This document shows, one piece after another, positions 36,023 to 39,809 of a DNA stretch of 39,809 nt. Within the stretch, counting starts at the first letter, position 1; every line of letters begins with the position of its first letter. The DNA is from a virus (Duplodnaviria > Caudoviricetes): IMG/VR virus record IMGVR_UViG_3300046001_008474, positions 1 through 39,809 of that record. One strand, given 5' to 3'. Made by a program: the position numbers and the translations under genes. The notes beneath the pieces are model-generated. The model was not told the DNA's origin. It did no database searches and saw nothing but the letters and a program-made list of their open reading frames with translations.

Positions 36023-36346
36023 ATGCAAATCAAAGATTTAGTTTCATTTTACGTAAATGAAAGTTCCGAAATATTAGAGGTTACATTCAGACTATCATCA
36101 GACTCTGATGATGAGATAAGAACAGGTCAAATTGAAATATCAGAAACCGAGACATTTGGATATGATTTTCTAAACAAATCATCTGAAAGTTATAATCGTT
36201 TGTTTGGTGAAGAATATGAATCTGATAGTGAAGAATTATTTGAAGAAGATGATGAATTAGAAGTGGATGAAATAGAAATAATATCATTTTTAAATGAATA
36301 TTATTTAATTTATCCTGATAAACTACCAACCGCAGAACTTTTTTAA
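36023..36346 (+). CDS. Highly acidic hypothetical protein
   Basis: ORF track; D/E-rich. Confidence 0.75.
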   Translation: MQIKDLVSFYVNESSEILEVTFRLSSDSDDEIRTGQIEISETETFGYDFLNKSSESYNRLFGEEYESDSEELFEEDDELEVDEIEIISFLNEYYLIYPDKLPTAELF

Positions 36347-36594
36347 TGAAAAAAGATATTGATTACATAATTTCATTAATGAAAGAATACACAATTTCAG
36401 AAAATAAAAATGAAATTGGAGAACAAGGTGGAGCTGAAGGTGGCGGAGCGTCATCTGGTGGAGGTGGTGATAAACCCGAATATCCTACCGTTACAAAATG
36501 GTCAAGTGGTAGAAAATTCGGACCTACTTATAATCCCGAAGTTAAAACTTGGACAACAGGTTTAACAAGAGGAAAGGCTAATACTTTATTGTAG
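36346..36594 (+). CDS. Small Gly-rich protein with W..G..(R)G repeats
   Basis: KWSSGRKFGP / TWTTGLTRGKAN. Confidence 0.75.
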   Translation: MKKDIDYIISLMKEYTISENKNEIGEQGGAEGGGASSGGGGDKPEYPTVTKWSSGRKFGPTYNPEVKTWTTGLTRGKANTLL

Positions 36595-36614
36595 ACTTAG
36601 ATATTTATTAAAAT

Positions 36615-37655
36615 ATGATATATAAAAAAAATATTCAAAGTAACAAAGAACTAAATAAAATATTATTATTTATGAACTATGATAGTTCAAAGACTTTGAA
36701 CGAAAATTATAATTTTATTTTTGAACAACCTTTAACTTCAGTTTCAACTCCCTCATCAGGTGGGGTATCACAATATGCTGACCCAAACTATAAAGGTAGA
36801 CGTAGAGGTGGAGGTTTTGGAGAATCAGACGAAATCCCAATAACCGCTAAAGATGTTTCAGACGCTTTGTTAAAAATAAGAGAACTTTTATTTACAACAG
36901 GAGGGATGGTTGCTCAAGTAGTAATTTCAATACTTGGTGCGGAAATAGGTGCTCCTATCGCAATAGCGGCTTTGGATATTGCAATATTAATAAATGATTT
37001 ATCAATAATGATTAATAAATGGGAAGACAAACCATTTGATTCAGAAGAAAATTGGTTTATATATCATTTTAGTACTAATGTTGGGTTTAAAAATTCTGTC
37101 GAAGATATTGCTTTTATTTTGACGGGAGGTTTATTAAAATTATTAGGTAAAACCGCAAAAGGCGCTTGGGAAATGATAAAAAGTTTGTTCGGACCTAAAG
37201 GGTCTTTTAAAACTTGGATAACAAACGGAATTGAAACTTTAAAAAATCTATTAGGTAAGATAGAATTAATACCTAATAATAAAATAAAAAATTGGGTAAA
37301 CTCAAAAAAATTAGAATTTAATAAGGCTTTAGAATTATTACAACAAGAACCTAAAAAAGTTGGTAAATCGGTTATAAACCAAGTACCAAGTGCAATTGCG
37401 GGAGGAATAATAGTTGCAGGTTCAATTGAATGTGTTTTTCCATGGATATTAAATAGACCCGACAAAGAAAGAAAAGAGTTTATAATCAATACAATTATTG
37501 AAGATAATCCTAATTTAAATTTAAAAAATACTCAAAAATTTGTTTTTCCTAATGAAAATTGTTTAAATAAAGAAAGTTCAAAATATATTGAGATAGATGG
37601 AAATCAATTTGGATTTAAAAATCCAAATAAAAATGCTAAAATAGTAAAAATATGA
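36615..37655 (+). CDS. Hypothetical protein with hydrophobic helices (putative virion/ejected protein)
   Basis: Leader ...MNYDSSKTLNE; TATTTAT 36602. Confidence 0.75.
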   Translation: MIYKKNIQSNKELNKILLFMNYDSSKTLNENYNFIFEQPLTSVSTPSSGGVSQYADPNYKGRRRGGGFGESDEIPITAKDVSDALLKIRELLFTTGGMVAQVVISILGAEIGAPIAIAALDIAILINDLSIMINKWEDKPFDSEENWFIYHFSTNVGFKNSVEDIAFILTGGLLKLLGKTAKGAWEMIKSLFGPKGSFKTWITNGIETLKNLLGKIELIPNNKIKNWVNSKKLEFNKALELLQQEPKKVGKSVINQVPSAIAGGIIVAGSIECVFPWILNRPDKERKEFIINTIIEDNPNLNLKNTQKFVFPNENCLNKESSKYIEIDGNQFGFKNPNKNAKIVKI

Positions 37656-38794
37656 AACAAGGATTATTACTTGAAATAGATAGGATTAGTTTTTTAATTA
37701 ATCAAAATGATAAATTAAATTTAAATGAAGCTGGAGGTCAAGTTATAGAGAAATTATTTTTAAGAATAGTTGAAAAAGATGTAATTAAGGGTCTTATGAA
37801 CGATTCTGAAAAAAAATTATTTGAAAAGTTTTTCAAACAAGGTATGAAAAATTTAACAGAATCTGAAATTAAAGATTTATCTAAATTTATATCTAGTGAA
37901 AATGGTAAAAAAATAATTAATGAACTTAAAAAAGAGGTTGAGTCAACAACACTTTCCGCCGAAAAAGCGGCTCTAAATTCTAGAATATCTAAACTTGAAA
38001 AAATTTCAGAATCAAAACCACTTATAACCCCAAAATCAAAGGAAAATATTCTTAAAGGTTTTAAGGAAGGTTGGGACACTCCAAGTTCAATTTTAAAAGT
38101 TGTAAAAGCGGTAACTCCTTTAACCAAAACTAAACTTAACATGTTAACAAAAGACGAAATAAAAAGATTTGCTATGTGGACTACTCTAGGTACAAATGTG
38201 TTACCTAGTGAATTAAAAGATGTAGTTAAAAGATTAGGTTATACCGGGGTAGTAGGAAAATTAGGTGGGGAATGGTTTAAAAGATATTTAAAATTAACGG
38301 GTTTTGTTATGGCATATAATTTTTTAATTACTTTAGCCAAGGATTCAGTTACTCCTGGAGCGGAATATAAAGGTCCAATACAGGCGTTAATTATCAGGAT
38401 GATTAATGCTTTTGAATTCCCAAGTATTAAATGGACGACTCCCGCTTGGATAGTGTTACCCGAAGTTTTGGAACTACTTAATAATTCGTTGATAGGTGTT
38501 CCGTATGAAAGTTTTATAGAGAAACTACAAAATAAGTATAATGAGTATTTGCAACTGTGGTCAAACGCGAAAGAAAAAATTAGTAAAAAATCAATTGTAA
38601 ATAAAGTCAAGTATGATAATACTATTGATGGTTTAATTAAATGGATGAAAGAAGTAAAAAAATTAAATTTAAGTAATTCGGATTTACCATATGTAAAATC
38701 AATAGGTAATAATATCTACACATATGAAGACGCTGACAACAAAGTATATAAATATGAATATACTGGTACAACTTTTAAGGATAAATTAAAATAA
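37652..38794 (+). CDS. Hypothetical protein (leader ends LNE)
   Basis: ORF track; ATGA overlap. Confidence 0.75.
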   Translation: MKQGLLLEIDRISFLINQNDKLNLNEAGGQVIEKLFLRIVEKDVIKGLMNDSEKKLFEKFFKQGMKNLTESEIKDLSKFISSENGKKIINELKKEVESTTLSAEKAALNSRISKLEKISESKPLITPKSKENILKGFKEGWDTPSSILKVVKAVTPLTKTKLNMLTKDEIKRFAMWTTLGTNVLPSELKDVVKRLGYTGVVGKLGGEWFKRYLKLTGFVMAYNFLITLAKDSVTPGAEYKGPIQALIIRMINAFEFPSIKWTTPAWIVLPEVLELLNNSLIGVPYESFIEKLQNKYNEYLQLWSNAKEKISKKSIVNKVKYDNTIDGLIKWMKEVKKLNLSNSDLPYVKSIGNNIYTYEDADNKVYKYEYTGTTFKDKLK

Positions 38795-38811
38795 GTTATT
38801 AATATTAATAC

Positions 38812-39809
38812 ATGAAAATTATTTTTGAGAATAAAAAAAACGTGAGAAAACAAGAAGTATTAGAACAATCTACGAGGGATTCTCGAGAAAGAACTAGAAA
38901 TGACTTCCCTAGTTGGGTAGAACCTGTTAAAAACTGTATTTTACAATATAATGATACTATAGAAAAGGCCAAAGATTCAAATTGGGTTAAACTTATCCTT
39001 AGTAAAGGTGATGAAGCGTATTTTAAAAATGATAAAATGTGGGATTATTGGGTTTCGGGTAATACAACTGACAAACCTGATTATACAGGTACTTGGTCTT
39101 GTGAAGATGGTAATTTATTAATTAAATCTAATGAAGACAAAAAACAATGGACGAAGGATTCTGGTTGGGTTGACCAACCTAAACAAGTACAATTTACAGA
39201 TTGTTCAGGGGATTATAAAAAAGGATGTAAATCTGATAAAATAAAAGAAGTTCAAAGTTGTTTAGGAGTTACTCCAACAACCGGTCAATGGTGGAATAAA
39301 ACACAAAAAGCCATAGAAGAAAAATTTCCTCAATTTAAAGATGGATTTACTGATTCAGACGTTGATGTTATTTGTAATAGAAAACAATCTGCTACAAATC
39401 CTACAGGGACTAATACGACTGTTACACCTCAACAATCAGGTCAACAAACAAAAAAACCTTTTAGTTATTCTGATGTAAAATGGGTACCATTTAAAGAATC
39501 TATAAAATCAAAAAAAGTTTTAAAAGAACAACAATCAAGGTCGGAAACAACAGAATTTTGGGGTAAAGTTATAAATGGAGGTTGTCTTCCATCAAATCAC
39601 AAAAAGATGGGTATTTTTCAGGATGAAAATGAACCTGAAAGAATCGCCTACATGACAAAAGATTTAGATACTGATGAAATATTTTATTGGTTTAGAAACG
39701 GTGTTAAAATTAATAAAGACACAAATGAAAAATCAACATGGACATGTAAGGCGTTAGAAGAATATAAGACAGAATCAACAAAATTTAATGAACTTTTATC
39801 TCAATTTGG
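38812..39809 (+). CDS. Partial multi-domain protein with peptidoglycan-binding-like segment (runs off window)
   Basis: Frame open from ATG38812 to window end; KKGCKSDKIKEVQSCLG...T.KAI; internal KKVLKEQ. Confidence 0.75.
   Translation, partial: MKIIFENKKNVRKQEVLEQSTRDSRERTRNDFPSWVEPVKNCILQYNDTIEKAKDSNWVKLILSKGDEAYFKNDKMWDYWVSGNTTDKPDYTGTWSCEDGNLLIKSNEDKKQWTKDSGWVDQPKQVQFTDCSGDYKKGCKSDKIKEVQSCLGVTPTTGQWWNKTQKAIEEKFPQFKDGFTDSDVDVICNRKQSATNPTGTNTTVTPQQSGQQTKKPFSYSDVKWVPFKESIKSKKVLKEQQSRSETTEFWGKVINGGCLPSNHKKMGIFQDENEPERIAYMTKDLDTDEIFYWFRNGVKINKDTNEKSTWTCKALEEYKTESTKFNELLSQF

Noticed and set aside
183-38610. Antisense and alternate-frame ORFs in the track (e.g. 183, 2325-, 4199, 6724-, 12228-, 19558+, 23484+, 27400+, 37064-, 37738-, 38239-)
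   Set aside because: They shadow better-supported genes and lack motifs or promoter signals
1-39809. Genome-wide stop-codon reassignment (TGA or TAG) explaining the kinase TGA
   Set aside because: TGA and TAG end many genes at sensible boundaries (e.g. 838, 3853, 3498, 6528), conserved Trp residues use TGG, and coding density is high with code 11

Overview
AT-rich, densely coding 39.8-kb segment that most likely comes from a large tailed ('jumbo/huge') phage of a Bacteroidota host. Support: phage hallmark genes, TAnnTTTG host-type promoters, A-rich leaders without Shine-Dalgarno sites, and standard code 11. Recognisable genes: a thymidylate synthase split in two by a GIY-YIG/NUMOD1 homing endonuclease, truncated UvrC, FKBP PPIase, lytic transglycosylase, GH19 endolysin, metallophosphoesterase, a GAF-PAS-PAS histidine kinase + stand-alone receiver + coiled-coil membrane protein operon, an anticodon-domain-less class II aaRS paralogue, a P-loop kinase, a NUMOD3/PD-(D/E)XK homing endonuclease, a DoxX protein, an ADP-ribosyltransferase-like protein and two HEXXH peptidases. 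Most striking observations: (1) the P-loop kinase has an in-frame CCT-TGA-CCA inside its Walker A, directly after an 18-bp mRNA hairpin and next to a homing endonuclease, which suggests a minimal 'stop-hop' ribosomal bypass cassette analogous to T4 gene 60/mobA; (2) about 20 diverse proteins share an N-terminal MKFIITESQ/..L-x-E leader, mostly with a TATTTAT promoter, possibly a capsid-targeting/processing tag; (3) two mini-proteins upstream of thyA are built only from ThyA's insertion segments, inside a cassette array with repeated junctions; (4) a phage-promoter-driven two-component system sits divergent from the endolysin; (5) a leader-peptide/terminator attenuator precedes the aaRS-like gene. 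All calls are from visual motif recognition; no searches were run.
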